The notes: generated by a model not told the origin, from the sequence alone. Positions 28,660-43,348 are shown, counted from the stretch's first letter. The stretch: 64,000 nucleotides of DNA from an uncultured delta proteobacterium (GCA_963743525.1 CAVUQH010000002.1:96001-160000), one strand, 5' to 3'. A program made the numbers and translations.

Positions 28660-29705
28660 AAGCGCTGGTGACCGGCGCCGCCGGGTTCATCGGCTCGCAC
28701 GTGGCGCGATCGCTGTGCGCGGCCGGCCACGACGTGCGTGCCGGTCACCTGCCCGGTGAGGATCTGCGCAACCTCGCCGGGCTCGCGCTCGAGCGCGTGG
28801 TCTGCGACGTCACCGATGCCGGCGCGGTCGCCCGGGCCGTGGACGGGGTCGACGTGGTCTTTCACCTGGCCGCCATCTACGCGCTGTGGTTGCCGCAGCC
28901 GCAGCGGATGCTCGACGTCAACGTCGGCGGCACGCGCACCGTGCTCGCGGCCGCCGAGCGGGCGGGTGCGCGGGTGGTCTACACCAGCTCGATCGCCGTC
29001 TTCGGCGGTCAGGGCCCCGGCGTCAACGCCACCGAGGACAGTCCCTTCGCCCTCGGCGCGACCGGCGACGTCTACTCGTACAGCAAATATGTCGCCCACC
29101 GGGTAGCCGTCGCGGCCGCCGACCGCGGCCAGGACGTCACCATCGTCGCGCCGTGCGGGCCCATCGGCCCGGGCGACGTGGGACCGACGCCGACCGGGCG
29201 ATTGCTGCTGGCGGCGCTGACCATGCCCGCGGTGGTGGTGATGCCGACCGAGACCTGCTTTGCCGACGTCCGCGACATGGCGGCCGCGCATCTGGCCGCG
29301 GCCGATCGCGGCGCACGTGGTCGCTCGTACCTGCTGGGCGCGCACAACCTGCCCTTGCCGGAGTTGGCGAGTCGCACGCTGGCGGTGGCCGGGCTGCGCA
29401 AGCCGGTCTGGTCACTGCCGCGACCGCTGGTCGGCGCCGGCGCCCGCGCGCTGGTCGGCGTCGCGCGAGTGACCGGCCGGGCGCCGCTGGTCACACCCGC
29501 GGCGGTACGCATCGCGCGGCTGGGGCTGCGCGCCAACTGCCAGCGGGCGGCGCGCGAGCTGGGGCTGCGCGTCCGCCCCATCGAAGACAGCCTGCGCGAC
29601 GCGGTCACCTGGTTCCGCGACAACGGCTACGCGCCGCGGGCCAACGGTCACAACCGCAGGCCGATGTCGTCGCCCGGCTCGAGCACCATGTCGGCGATCA
29701 CCTGA
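28656..29705 (+). CDS. NAD-dependent epimerase/dehydratase (HpnA/dihydroflavonol reductase-like extended SDR)
   Basis: TGAAGFIG, FHLAA.Y, YTSS, YSYSK, GPGD.GPTPTG. Confidence 0.9.
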   Translation: MKALVTGAAGFIGSHVARSLCAAGHDVRAGHLPGEDLRNLAGLALERVVCDVTDAGAVARAVDGVDVVFHLAAIYALWLPQPQRMLDVNVGGTRTVLAAAERAGARVVYTSSIAVFGGQGPGVNATEDSPFALGATGDVYSYSKYVAHRVAVAAADRGQDVTIVAPCGPIGPGDVGPTPTGRLLLAALTMPAVVVMPTETCFADVRDMAAAHLAAADRGARGRSYLLGAHNLPLPELASRTLAVAGLRKPVWSLPRPLVGAGARALVGVARVTGRAPLVTPAAVRIARLGLRANCQRAARELGLRVRPIEDSLRDAVTWFRDNGYAPRANGHNRRPMSSPGSSTMSAIT

Positions 29706-30601
29706 CCGCCGACGCGGCCCGCCGCCCACGCCATGCTCGGCGAGTTGTGCGCGGCGGCGACGCGGCCGTCGCGATCGCAGCAGATGATGCCGCCCTCGCC
29801 GCCCACGCGCCGCGACAGCTCGTGCACCGACGCCCAGGCGGCGGCGTTGGCGGTGCCGCCGGCGCGCATGGCGTCGACGCAGACGCGGGTCATGGTCACG
29901 CGGATGATGCTCTCGCCGTGACCGGTGGCGGAGGCCGCGCCGCCCTCGTCGTCGGCGTAGGTGCCGCAGCCGCACAGCGGCGTGTCGCCGACCCGACCGA
30001 CGCGCTTGTAGGTGATGCCGCCGGTCAACGTCGCCGCAGCCACGTGCCCACTGGCGTCCACGGCGCAGGCGCCGACGGTGCCCGGGTCTTCCGGGTCGGT
30101 CACCGGAGCCACCGGTCCGCGGGCGCGCTTCTCCTGCTCCAGGGCGAACCGCTCGCGGGCCCGCTCGCTGATCATCTCGTCGGGATTGCACGGCGTGAAG
30201 CCCAGCTCGCGGCCGAACGCCCACGCCGCCTCGCCGCACATCAGAGCGTGCTCGCCGTCGTCCATCACCGCGCGGGCGAAGTCGATCGGCCGGCGGGCAT
30301 TGGCCACCGCGCCGATGGCGCCGAAGCGCAGGTCGCGACCGTCCATCACCGCGGCGTCAACCTCGATGGTGCCGGCCCGCGACAGCACCGCGCCGACGCC
30401 GGCGTTGAAGGTCGGGTCGTCCTCGAGCACGCGCACGGCGGCGCAGGAGGCATCGACCGCGCTGCCGCCGGCGGCGAGCACCGCCAGGCCGGCCTCGGTC
30501 GCGGCGCGACAGCCGGCGCGGGCAGCCTCCCAGCGGTCGGGCGAGAAGCGCCCGGCCCCGCCGTGAACGACCAGGATGGGGGTGAGCTCGCGCCGGGACA
30601 T
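29648..30601 (-). CDS. iaaA: isoaspartyl peptidase / L-asparaginase (Ntn hydrolase)
   Basis: VHGGAG, LEDDP.FNAG.G, GTVGA, GRVGDTP, SATGHGE. Confidence 0.92.
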   Translation of the reverse strand: MSRRELTPILVVHGGAGRFSPDRWEAARAGCRAATEAGLAVLAAGGSAVDASCAAVRVLEDDPTFNAGVGAVLSRAGTIEVDAAVMDGRDLRFGAIGAVANARRPIDFARAVMDDGEHALMCGEAAWAFGRELGFTPCNPDEMISERARERFALEQEKRARGPVAPVTDPEDPGTVGACAVDASGHVAAATLTGGITYKRVGRVGDTPLCGCGTYADDEGGAASATGHGESIIRVTMTRVCVDAMRAGGTANAAAWASVHELSRRVGGEGGIICCDRDGRVAAAHNSPSMAWAAGRVGGQVIADMVLEPGDDIGLRL

Positions 30602-30761
30602 GAGCTGTCGATAGCACCAACGGCGTGGCTCCATCTAGTGGAGATGACTCGAATCGGCGCTGCGCAACTCCAGTGCGCCGCCGATTCCATCCTTGACCGT
30701 GCAGAGACCCGCCGGTAGAAGGGATGCGACTTCCCCCACCCGCCGGGACGAAGCCTCCGTC

Positions 30762-33158
30762 ATGCGGATCTGGACAGTCTTTGCGCTGGGTGCCCTGTTG
30801 CTGGTGAGCGGCTGTGCAGACGGCGGCCACAACGCCTGCAAGGACGGCATCGACAACGATGGCGACGGGCTGATCGACGGCGCCGATCCGGCATGCGCCG
30901 CCGGCGTCGGCGCCGAGAGCCCGGATCCGGTGACCGCGCAGTGCGACGACGGCGTCAACAACGACGGCGACGGGCTGATCGACTTCCCCGAGGATCCCGG
31001 CTGCAGCGACGCGGCCGACGACGACGAGTACAACCCCGGGGTGCCGGCGTGCAGCGACGGCATCGACAACGACGGCGACGGGTTGATCGACTACCCGGTC
31101 GACCCCGGCTGCTTCCTCGCCTCGGAGAACGACGAGACCGACGACTGCCCCAACGGCGCCAACTGTCCCGCGTGTGCCAACGGCGTCGATGACGACGGCG
31201 ACGGACTGATCGACTTCGGCATCGGCGCCGCCAACGATCCCGGCTGCGATCGCGCCGCCGACGACGACGAGTTCGATGCCACCGCGGGCGCCTGCGGGTC
31301 GACGCCGGTGCGGACGCTGCCCGCCGACGGCATCGCCAGCGGCCGCTTCATCTCCGACCAGGGGACCAGCCGACTGATCTCGCCCGACTGCGGCGGCACC
31401 GGCCCGGAGGTGGTCTACGGCGTCGACCTGACCCGCCGGACCGCGCTGCTGGTCAGCACCGACTACCCGGCGACCACCGCCGACACGGTGGTCTACGTGC
31501 GCTCGGACTGCGAGGATTCCGCCACCGAGGTCGCGTGCGACGACGACCACGGCAGCGCCCTGGCCTCGAGCCTCGAGGTCGTGGTCAACCCGGGCGTCTA
31601 CTACATCGTGGTCAACGCCCACGACCACACCGTCGACGGCGCCTTCGAGCTGCACGTCGACGAGCGCATCCCCCAGGGCGACGACTGCGACCCCGCTGAC
31701 CCGCGCTGCGCCCCCGACCTGGTCTGCCGCCTGGCCGACGGCAGCGCGACCAGCGAGACCTGCGAACCGCCGCAGTGCAACGACGGCGTCGACGACGACG
31801 GCGACGGCGTCACCGATTTCCCCGACGACCCCGGCTGTAGCGACGCCAGCGACAACGACGAGTCCACCGACGACTGCGCGCTGTGCGCCACCACCGGCTG
31901 CAGCGCCTGCCCGGCGTGCAGCAACGGCGCCGACGACGACGGTGACGGCGCCGTCGATTACCCGGACGACCCCGGCTGCGCGGCGGCCTCCGGCGCCACC
32001 GAGGTCGACGAGTGCATCCCCGGCCTGCGCCCGACCCTGCTCGGCGACGGCGGCGCCAGCGGCACCACCAGCGGGACGTCGAAGTTCACCGGCAGCTGCA
32101 CCACCTACAGCGGCGGCGCACCGGAGGACGTCTACCAGTACACGGTGGCGACCGACCTCCTCGACCTGTGGTTCTCGCTGGACGGCTCGTCGTACGACAC
32201 CGTGCTGTACGTGCGCGGTCCGACCTGCGGCAGCAGCAGCGACGAGCTGGCGTGCGAGGACACCTTTCCCGGCCACGAGACGGTGACGCTGACCACCCCG
32301 GTCACCGGCCAGAGCTACTTCGTGTTCGTCAACGGCTACCAGGACAGCGGCGCCTACCAGCTGAGCGTGGGCGGCACCGTCGCCGCCGGCGGCGCCTGCA
32401 ATCCGGCCAGCACGACGTTCGCCTGCGAGACCGACTACCTGTGCAAGGCCAACGTCTGCGCGCCGACCGCCTGCAACGACGGCATCGACGACGACGCCGA
32501 CGGGCTGGTCAACGCCCTCGACCCGGGCTGTGCCAGCATCGCCGACGACGACGAGAGCGACGACACCTGCGTGGCGATGCCGGCGACCTGCCCGCAGTGC
32601 GCCAACGGCAGCGACGACGACGGCGACGGCGACGCCGACTACCCCGCCGACCTCGGCTGCGTGAACGCCGCCGACGACGAGGAGAACGCCTGCGCGGTCG
32701 AGAGCGACCCGATTCCGACCCTGGCCAAGGCGACCACCAGCGGCGACACCAGCGCGCTGACCGACGACCTGTCGCCGTCGTGCCAGGCCAGCTCGACGGC
32801 GCCGGACCAGGCCTACTATCTCTACCTGCCCGGCACCGCCAGCTCGCTGCACCTGGACACCACCGGCAGCTCGTTCGACACCGTGCTGATGGTCAAGCAG
32901 GCCGAGTGCGCCAGCAGCGACTACGCCTGCAACGACGACGACGCGACCACCAGCCAGTCGACCCTGGACCTGACCGGGGTGCCGCCGGGCCTGTACGTGG
33001 TCATCGTCAACGGCTACCAGAACGAGGCCGGACCGTTCACCCTGCACACCAGCGGCACCATCGCCGCCGGCCAGCGGTGTGACCCGGGGCAGCCGTTCCT
33101 GACCTGCGCCGCCGGCACCAGCTGCACCGACCCCGGCGGCGGCTACGTCTGCAACTAG
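30762..33158 (+). CDS. Cys/Asp-rich repeat lipoprotein with three PPC-like domains
   Basis: Lipobox VSGC; 8 C.DG.D.DGDG..D...DPGC-like repeats; 3 DTV.YVR..C...AC.D domains. Confidence 0.85.
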   Translation: MRIWTVFALGALLLVSGCADGGHNACKDGIDNDGDGLIDGADPACAAGVGAESPDPVTAQCDDGVNNDGDGLIDFPEDPGCSDAADDDEYNPGVPACSDGIDNDGDGLIDYPVDPGCFLASENDETDDCPNGANCPACANGVDDDGDGLIDFGIGAANDPGCDRAADDDEFDATAGACGSTPVRTLPADGIASGRFISDQGTSRLISPDCGGTGPEVVYGVDLTRRTALLVSTDYPATTADTVVYVRSDCEDSATEVACDDDHGSALASSLEVVVNPGVYYIVVNAHDHTVDGAFELHVDERIPQGDDCDPADPRCAPDLVCRLADGSATSETCEPPQCNDGVDDDGDGVTDFPDDPGCSDASDNDESTDDCALCATTGCSACPACSNGADDDGDGAVDYPDDPGCAAASGATEVDECIPGLRPTLLGDGGASGTTSGTSKFTGSCTTYSGGAPEDVYQYTVATDLLDLWFSLDGSSYDTVLYVRGPTCGSSSDELACEDTFPGHETVTLTTPVTGQSYFVFVNGYQDSGAYQLSVGGTVAAGGACNPASTTFACETDYLCKANVCAPTACNDGIDDDADGLVNALDPGCASIADDDESDDTCVAMPATCPQCANGSDDDGDGDADYPADLGCVNAADDEENACAVESDPIPTLAKATTSGDTSALTDDLSPSCQASSTAPDQAYYLYLPGTASSLHLDTTGSSFDTVLMVKQAECASSDYACNDDDATTSQSTLDLTGVPPGLYVVIVNGYQNEAGPFTLHTSGTIAAGQRCDPGQPFLTCAAGTSCTDPGGGYVCN

Positions 33159-33171
33159 CGCGGGTGACGCG

Positions 33172-33638
33172 CTAGGCCGCGCGCGTCGGGCCGTGGCGCT
33201 CGGCTTCCTCGAGCAGCGCGGCCATGCGCGCGTTCATCTCCGCCTCTTCGGCGTCGTCGCGGTGGTCGTAGCCGAGCAGGTGGCACAGACCGTGGGCGGT
33301 GAGGAACAGTAGCTCGGCGTACAGGCCCCGCTTCGCCTGGCGCGCGGCGGTGTCGAGGGAGACGACGACGTCGCCGAGGAGCTCGGGGTTGAGGTCGGCG
33401 AAGTCGCCCTCGCGCTGGGCAAAGGCGAGCACGTCGGTCGGTCGGTCGACGCCGCGGTAGTCGCGGTTGAGCTCGTGGATGGTCGGGTCGTCGGTGAGGC
33501 GCACGGCGACCTCGAGCTCGCGCTCGGTCTCCTCGCTCAGCCAGGCGGCCTTGACCATGCGGCCGACGCGGGCGCGGTAGCGGGCCAGCTCATCGGCAGA
33601 CAGCCGCCCGCGGACGGGCGGGTCCACGTCGATCGAGA

Positions 33639-33642
<4 letters not shown>
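33172..33642 (-). CDS. ybeY: rRNA maturation endoribonuclease YbeY
   Basis: [35 protein letters not shown]. Confidence 0.95.
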
Positions 33643-35600
<1,958 letters not shown>

Positions 35601-35666
35601 CGCTCCCGGCCCAGCTCCTTGAATCCCCGGCGCTGAGCATAGCACGGGGCCGTGGCCGCGCGCGCG

Positions 35667-36710
<1,044 letters not shown>

Positions 36711-36787
36711 GTAGGTGGGATCCTCCTGGTCTCCTGGGTTTAGCACAATTCCCCGGGCATCAGGCCGGCGCGCTATGGTGACCGGCA

Positions 36788-37606
36788 ATGGACCGCACCG
36801 AACCTGCCGAAACCAGCCGCCCCGGGGACAGCTTCGCCAACCTGGTGGAGGTCATGCGTCGCCTGCTCGCCCCCGACGGCTGCCCGTGGGACCGCGAGCA
36901 AACCCTGGACAGTCTGCGCCCGTTCCTGGTCGAGGAGACCTACGAAGTGCTCGACGCCATGGAGCGCGGCACCGCCGACGACCACTGTGAAGAGCTGGGC
37001 GACCTGCTGATGCAGGTGGTCTTCCACGCCGCCCTGCGCCAGGCCGAGGGCGCCTTCGCCATCGACGACGTCGTCGGCGGCATCGTCGAAAAGCTGGTCC
37101 GACGCCACCCGCACGTCTTCGCCGACGCCACGGCCGAGACCGCCGAAGCGGTGCTCGAGCAGTGGGACCAGATCAAGGACGCCGAGAAGGCCGAGCGCGG
37201 CGCCTCGCCCAAGGGCGCGCTCGACGGCGTGCCGCTGGCGTTGCCGCCGCTGGCGCGGGCGCAGAAGCTGGGCCGGCGGGCGGCCAAGGTCGGCTTCGAC
37301 TGGCCCGATACCGACGGGCCACGGGCCAAGATCGTCGAGGAGCTGGCCGAGGTCGACGAGGCCGTGGCCGCCGGCGACCGCGCTGCGATCGAAGCCGAGG
37401 TCGGCGATCTTCTGTTCGCCGTGGTCAACCTGGCGCGCAAGCTGGACATCGACGCCGACGGCGCCCTGCGCTCGGCCAACGGCCGGTTCGAAAATCGCTT
37501 CCGCTTCGTCGAAGCGCGCGCGCGCGACGGTGGCAACGAGCCGCGCGATCTCGATCTCGACGCGCTCGAGGCGTTGTGGCAGCAGGCCAAAGCCGAGGGA
37601 ATCTGA
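36788..37606 (+). CDS. mazG: nucleoside triphosphate pyrophosphohydrolase MazG
   Basis: [37 protein letters not shown]. Confidence 0.95.
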   Translation: MDRTEPAETSRPGDSFANLVEVMRRLLAPDGCPWDREQTLDSLRPFLVEETYEVLDAMERGTADDHCEELGDLLMQVVFHAALRQAEGAFAIDDVVGGIVEKLVRRHPHVFADATAETAEAVLEQWDQIKDAEKAERGASPKGALDGVPLALPPLARAQKLGRRAAKVGFDWPDTDGPRAKIVEELAEVDEAVAAGDRAAIEAEVGDLLFAVVNLARKLDIDADGALRSANGRFENRFRFVEARARDGGNEPRDLDLDALEALWQQAKAEGI

Positions 37607-37837
37607 CAGCAGTAGTGAGAGCAGCCGATCGCTCGTCGGCGTCGCGCGCGCGACGCAAAACTGACGCATTTTTGAGCAAACCACCTCGCGCCCCCGGCTC
37701 GTCGGCGATCGCCGACCCGCAGCACAGAGTTGCCCCCAAGTTGTCCACAGGTCGTGTGGAATCACCCCCACGCCTGAGGGGGACTCACAGTATTTCTCGG
37801 GAGTTCGGGAGTGCCCGGAGCCCGGAAGAGGGCCGGG

Positions 37838-37866
37838 TTGACATGTGGACGAAGGCAGGGTAACTA
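37838..37866 (+). promoter_or_regulatory. sigma-70-type promoter of rpsT
   Basis: TTGACA - 17 nt - TAACTA. Confidence 0.6.
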
Positions 37867-37917
37867 GGCGCGCTCGCCCCCATAAGATTCGACGGACATC
37901 TCGTCAGGAGCAACACA

Positions 37918-38169
37918 GTGCCCAACCACAAGTCGGCGGAAAAACGCGACCGCCAGCGCGAAACGCGCCGCCTTCGCAATCGTCTCGTCCTCGGCAACAT
38001 GCGCACCGCACTCCGGAGCGCCAAGACCGCGGTCGCGTCCAAGGCTCCCGAAGCCCAGGAGCTGGTCAAGAAGGCCGTGTCGTTGATCGACCGCGCCGTG
38101 ACCAAGGGCGCGCTGAAGCGCGGCACCGCGTCGCGCTACATCTCGCGCCTGACCCGCAAGGCCAGCTAG
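37918..38169 (+). CDS. rpsT: 30S ribosomal protein S20
   Basis: MPNHKSAEKR.RQ...RRLRN, ID.A..KG......ASR..SRL; AGGAG RBS. Confidence 0.96.
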   Translation: MPNHKSAEKRDRQRETRRLRNRLVLGNMRTALRSAKTAVASKAPEAQELVKKAVSLIDRAVTKGALKRGTASRYISRLTRKAS

Positions 38170-39180
<1,011 letters not shown>

Positions 39181-39204
39181 GGGCGCAGTCTACCCCAACG
39201 CGAG

Positions 39205-40554
39205 ATGGTAAAAGGCGGCGTGCACGACACGGTGGTTTTCGAGGCCGACGCGGCGGTGGTCGCCGCCGGCCAGGCGCGCGGGCCGACGGCCGTGCTGGCG
39301 CAGGACGGCGCCATCGTCCTGGTCGGCGATCCCGACGAGGTCGCCGCCGACCCCCGGGCGGCCGGCGCGCGGCGGGTGCGCTTCGCCGACAAGGCGATCT
39401 TGCCGGGCACCGTCAACGCGCACAACCACAGCTTCCAGTCACTGCTTCGCGGCATCGGCGACGACCTGCCGTTCCTCGACTGGCGCGACAAGGCGCTGTA
39501 CCGCTACTCGCCACGCCTGGACGCCGAGGGAATGGCGACGGCTGCGCTGTTCGCCTTCGGCGAGATGCTGCTCCACGGCGTCACCACCGTCTGCGACTTC
39601 TACTACCTCAACGCCGGCGGCAACGAGCACGCCCGCGCCACCATCGAGGCGGCGCGGCGCCTGGGCATGCGCGTGGTCCTGGCCCGCTGCTTCTACGACT
39701 GGGACGGCGCGCCCGAGAGCTACCGCGAGGACGTGCCGACGGCGGTGCGCAACTTTGAGGCGCTGCACAAGGAGTACGCCGGCGACCCGATGGTGCGCAT
39801 CCAGCCGGCGCCGCACAGCCAGCACGGCGCCAGCCCGGCGATGATCGAGGCCGGCGCGGGGTGCGCCCGGGACGCCGGTGAGCCGTGGCACATCCACCTG
39901 GCCGAGGAGGCCTACCAGGTGGACCAGTCGCTCGAGCGCTTCGGCGCCCGGCCGCTGCACGCGGTCGACGCCCTCGGGGTGATCGACGAGCGAATGATCG
40001 CCATTCATGGCTGCTGGTTCGACGAGGGAGAGCGGGCGCTCCTGGCCGAGCGCGGCGCCAGCCTGGTCTACAACCCGGCGTCCAACATGTTCCTCGGCGA
40101 CGGCATTACCGACGTGGTCGACCTGCGCCGGCGGGGCGTGGAGGTGGCGCTGGGCACCGACGGCGGCTGCTCGAACAACCGGGTTTCGGTGCTGGACGAG
40201 ATGCGAATGTGCGCCCTCCTGCAAAAGGTCGCCCGGACCGACGGCCAGGCGATCGACGCGGAGGAATGCTTCGCCATGGGCACCGTCGGCGGCGGACGGG
40301 TCCTGGACCTCCCGGTGGGTCAGATCGCCCCCGGCCAGCGCTGCGACCTGATCGCGGTGGACCTTCACGACCCATCGATGTGGCCGCTCCAGGCCCTGGC
40401 GAAAAATGCAGTCTATTCGCTATCATCTCGCGCCATCACAGATGTCGTGGTAGATGGTCAGAACGTCGTCGGCAACCGGCGACTGACGCAGGTCGATGAG
40501 TCCGAGATCGAAGCCCGAGTCCGTAGCCTCACCGGTGACTGGCGCCGTGACTGA
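39205..40554 (+). CDS. metal-dependent amidohydrolase (MTA/SAH deaminase-like)
   Basis: PG.VNAHNH, HIHLAE, IHG, LGTDG..SNN. Confidence 0.88.
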   Translation: MVKGGVHDTVVFEADAAVVAAGQARGPTAVLAQDGAIVLVGDPDEVAADPRAAGARRVRFADKAILPGTVNAHNHSFQSLLRGIGDDLPFLDWRDKALYRYSPRLDAEGMATAALFAFGEMLLHGVTTVCDFYYLNAGGNEHARATIEAARRLGMRVVLARCFYDWDGAPESYREDVPTAVRNFEALHKEYAGDPMVRIQPAPHSQHGASPAMIEAGAGCARDAGEPWHIHLAEEAYQVDQSLERFGARPLHAVDALGVIDERMIAIHGCWFDEGERALLAERGASLVYNPASNMFLGDGITDVVDLRRRGVEVALGTDGGCSNNRVSVLDEMRMCALLQKVARTDGQAIDAEECFAMGTVGGGRVLDLPVGQIAPGQRCDLIAVDLHDPSMWPLQALAKNAVYSLSSRAITDVVVDGQNVVGNRRLTQVDESEIEARVRSLTGDWRRD

Positions 40555-41035
40555 AAAGCCCGCGAGCAGCAAGAAGCGCCGGTCCGACGCCGCCCCGTTC
40601 GAGGTCACGCTCGTCCACGCGCGCAAGACCAACGCCGGCTGGGCGCTGTTCGGCCTGATCCTGGGCATCGTGCTGTTGTGGAAGCTGGCCATAGTCGGCC
40701 AGGTGGTCGGCGTCATCTTCCTCCTCGTCGCCGCGCTGGCGGCCAAGAGCTTCATCTTCACCGTGCTCAACCCGCCCGGGACGATCGCGGTCGAGGACGA
40801 CAAGTTGGTGCTACCCGACGGGTTGTGCCGCGGTCACTCCAGCGAGTTCACCTACGATCAGGTCAAGCACGCCTTCTTCCTGCGCCGAGCGGTGCCGTGG
40901 ACCCGGGCCGGCCCGGTGCTGGTGGTCGAGGCCGGCGATCTGGCGTTTACCTATCCCCGCGACTGGTTCACCTCCGAGTCGGAGCAGCGCCGGGTCCTTC
41001 ACGGGATCCTGCGCCGGCTGGGGCAGAACGACTGA
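40547..41035 (+). CDS. hypothetical membrane protein
   Basis: Two TM helices; overlaps the upstream stop. Confidence 0.7.
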   Translation: MTEKPASSKKRRSDAAPFEVTLVHARKTNAGWALFGLILGIVLLWKLAIVGQVVGVIFLLVAALAAKSFIFTVLNPPGTIAVEDDKLVLPDGLCRGHSSEFTYDQVKHAFFLRRAVPWTRAGPVLVVEAGDLAFTYPRDWFTSESEQRRVLHGILRRLGQND

Positions 41036-41565
41036 TGCGCGCCGCGGCCGTGGCCGCGTCCATCGCCGTCGCCGTCGCTGCGCTGCCCGCGCTGGCGGCC
41101 GAGCCAGAGCCGTACCGCAACGCCGATCACCACTTTCAGATCGCGCTGGGCGACGGCTGGAACCCCACCGAACCGGGCACCGGCCCGGAGCAGCTTCTCC
41201 TGGCCCGCGCCGCTTCGGACGGACGCGCGCTGGCGGTCACCCGGGTCGCTTATCCCAACCCTCGCCGCCGCGACCACGACTACCAGAAGCAGATCGAGGC
41301 CGGCGTCGAGGCCGCGGCCCGCGGCTACCACCGCCTTTCGCACAAGGTCAGCCGCGCCGGCTACGTGGTCGTCATCGACGTGACCTACCGGCGCGACACC
41401 GACGGCGGGCGCGAGGTGGTCGCCAGCCGCTTCCTGCTGTTCCGCACCTTCACCCTGGTGCTGTCGGTGGCGATGCCGGCGCGCACCTGGCGCCACCAGC
41501 GGCGGCCGACGCAGAAGCTGGTCCGCTCGTTCGTGCCCTACTTCGCCGACGGCGACGAAGGCTGA
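41035..41565 (+). CDS. hypothetical secreted protein
   Basis: TGATG coupling, Ala-rich signal peptide. Confidence 0.7.
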   Translation: MRAAAVAASIAVAVAALPALAAEPEPYRNADHHFQIALGDGWNPTEPGTGPEQLLLARAASDGRALAVTRVAYPNPRRRDHDYQKQIEAGVEAAARGYHRLSHKVSRAGYVVVIDVTYRRDTDGGREVVASRFLLFRTFTLVLSVAMPARTWRHQRRPTQKLVRSFVPYFADGDEG

Positions 41566-42833
41566 CCGGCGCCGCCTGCCCGTCGCGCGATTTGCGGCGC
41601 CGACCAGCGGCAGAACAGGTCGCTGCGGTAGCGCGTACCGTCAGCGTGGAAAAACGCGAGGCGCTCGCCGTCGCGCTCGACACGGAGCTGCCCGCCGTGG
41701 ATTCGCCGGTGGTGCGTCGAACAGAGCAGCACCAGGTTGCCCGGCGCGTGATCGCCGCCGCGGGCGCGAGGGCGGATGTGGTGGACGTCGAGCCAGCTCG
41801 CGTTGCCGCAGCCGGGCACCGCACAGCGATGGTGAAACGCGCGGACCACCGCGCGCCGCACCGACGGTGGAATCGTCTGCGTCGCGCGGCCCTCGAGGGA
41901 CGCCGGGATGCCGGTGTGGTCACATTCGATCGCCGCGACCGTCGCCGAATCCAGCTGCACGCTGCGACCATCGGCCTCCGCAAACACGCGCGCGCAGTCG
42001 TCGCAGCGACTGACCGCAACCTGGTAGCCCGGCCGGCCGCTGTCCCGGTCCCGATCGTCGCCTGCATCCACCTCCCCGTTTCCGTCCCCGTTTCCGTCCC
42101 CGTTTCCGTCCCCGTTTCCGTCCCCGTTTCCGTCCCCGTTTCCGTCCCCGTTTCCGTCCCCGTTTCCGTCCCCGTTTCCGTCCCCGTTTCCGTCCCCGTC
42201 CCGCTCGTCACCCGAACCCGCGCACCCCGCGAGAAAGCCCCGCGCGATCATCGACAGCGCCACGTCGTCGTCAACCGGCCCGTCCCCCGCGCCATCGCCC
42301 AACCCAACGCCCAACCCATCGATTGACTGCCGCGCCACCCGGATCGCCTCCCGCACCATCGCGTACGTCTCCGGCGACACCTCGAACGCCAGCGTCCGCG
42401 GAAGCTCGCTGCGATCCGCGATCGTCCCCGGCCGATCACCCCGCGCCAGCCCCGCGACCATCTCGGCCACCTCCCGCGCACTCTGCCCGCGCGCCGCGAC
42501 CAGCCAGTCGTCCTCGGTGTCGCCCGTCGCCACCCGCGACAGCTCGCGCACATGCGTCCACGCGATCTCGCCGTCGGCCAGCGCCTCCGCCATCGACGGC
42601 AGCGCCGCCAACGCCAGCGCCACGCGGATCCGCTCGCGCCCCGTCTTGCGACCATATCCGAGCACCGCTTCCAGATACGCCGCATAGCTGGCAAAGCCAT
42701 ACGCCTCCCAGATCCGCACCGCATGCCCGGCGCGGAGATAGTGCGCCTCGGCCGCATCGAGCTCCGCACGATCCCGTCCCAGCGCGCGAAGCTGCCAGTG
42801 AATGTCGCCGATCTCCAACATCACCTCGCCCAT
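41538..42833 (-). CDS. DUF222-like / HNH endonuclease (copy 2)
   Basis: CAVPGC...DVHH...NLVLLCSTHHRRIH; closely similar to copy 1 outside the linker. Confidence 0.88.
   Translation of the reverse strand: MGEVMLEIGDIHWQLRALGRDRAELDAAEAHYLRAGHAVRIWEAYGFASYAAYLEAVLGYGRKTGRERIRVALALAALPSMAEALADGEIAWTHVRELSRVATGDTEDDWLVAARGQSAREVAEMVAGLARGDRPGTIADRSELPRTLAFEVSPETYAMVREAIRVARQSIDGLGVGLGDGAGDGPVDDDVALSMIARGFLAGCAGSGDERDGDGNGDGNGDGNGDGNGDGNGDGNGDGNGDGNGDGNGDGNGEVDAGDDRDRDSGRPGYQVAVSRCDDCARVFAEADGRSVQLDSATVAAIECDHTGIPASLEGRATQTIPPSVRRAVVRAFHHRCAVPGCGNASWLDVHHIRPRARGGDHAPGNLVLLCSTHHRRIHGGQLRVERDGERLAFFHADGTRYRSDLFCRWSAPQIARRAGGAGQPSSPSAK
42073..42192. repeat. in-frame 12-bp tandem repeat (TCCCCGTTTCCG x10) encoding (DGNG)10
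   Basis: Read directly from the sequence. Confidence 0.95.
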
Positions 42834-43028
42834 ACACCGTCGTAGCACGCGTTTTTCACCCGCTCGGATCACCCACGCAGCGCGCCGCCACGCCGAGAAC
42901 CCACCCCGCCGACACAAAAACCGACCCGCGCCACGCACCAACCGCACACATCGCAACCGAGTCCCGCTGACGATCGATCGCGACCGCGTTGACCGTTCGC
43001 GCCGAAACCCGGTCAAGGCGCGATCGAA
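42834..43028. repeat. conserved upstream segment of HNH element, ending in a hairpin (copy 2)
   Basis: Colinear with 23897-24092; nested stems TCGATCGCG/CGCGATCGA, TTGACCG/CGGTCAA, TTCG/CGAA. Confidence 0.85.
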
Positions 43029-43160
43029 AAAAGTGTGTCAGGTCAGTGATTTTGTCACCCCTAACTGCTCAGTGATTCTGTCACCCCTTCCAATTCCCGA
43101 GTGGCTCGCCATTCCGTGACGCGCCGCCTTCGCTTTCTCGCGCCCAGCGGCGCTCGCGAT

Positions 43161-43292
<132 letters not shown>

Positions 43293-43348
43293 CGCCGCCG
43301 CCCACCCACCGACCACGCACACCACGCCCCCCCCGCTCCCGCCCTCGC

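Noticed and set aside
37607..37917. oriC
   Set aside because: Few good DnaA boxes, no AT-rich unwinding element, no dnaA/dnaN nearby; kept only as a DnaA-box-like cluster.
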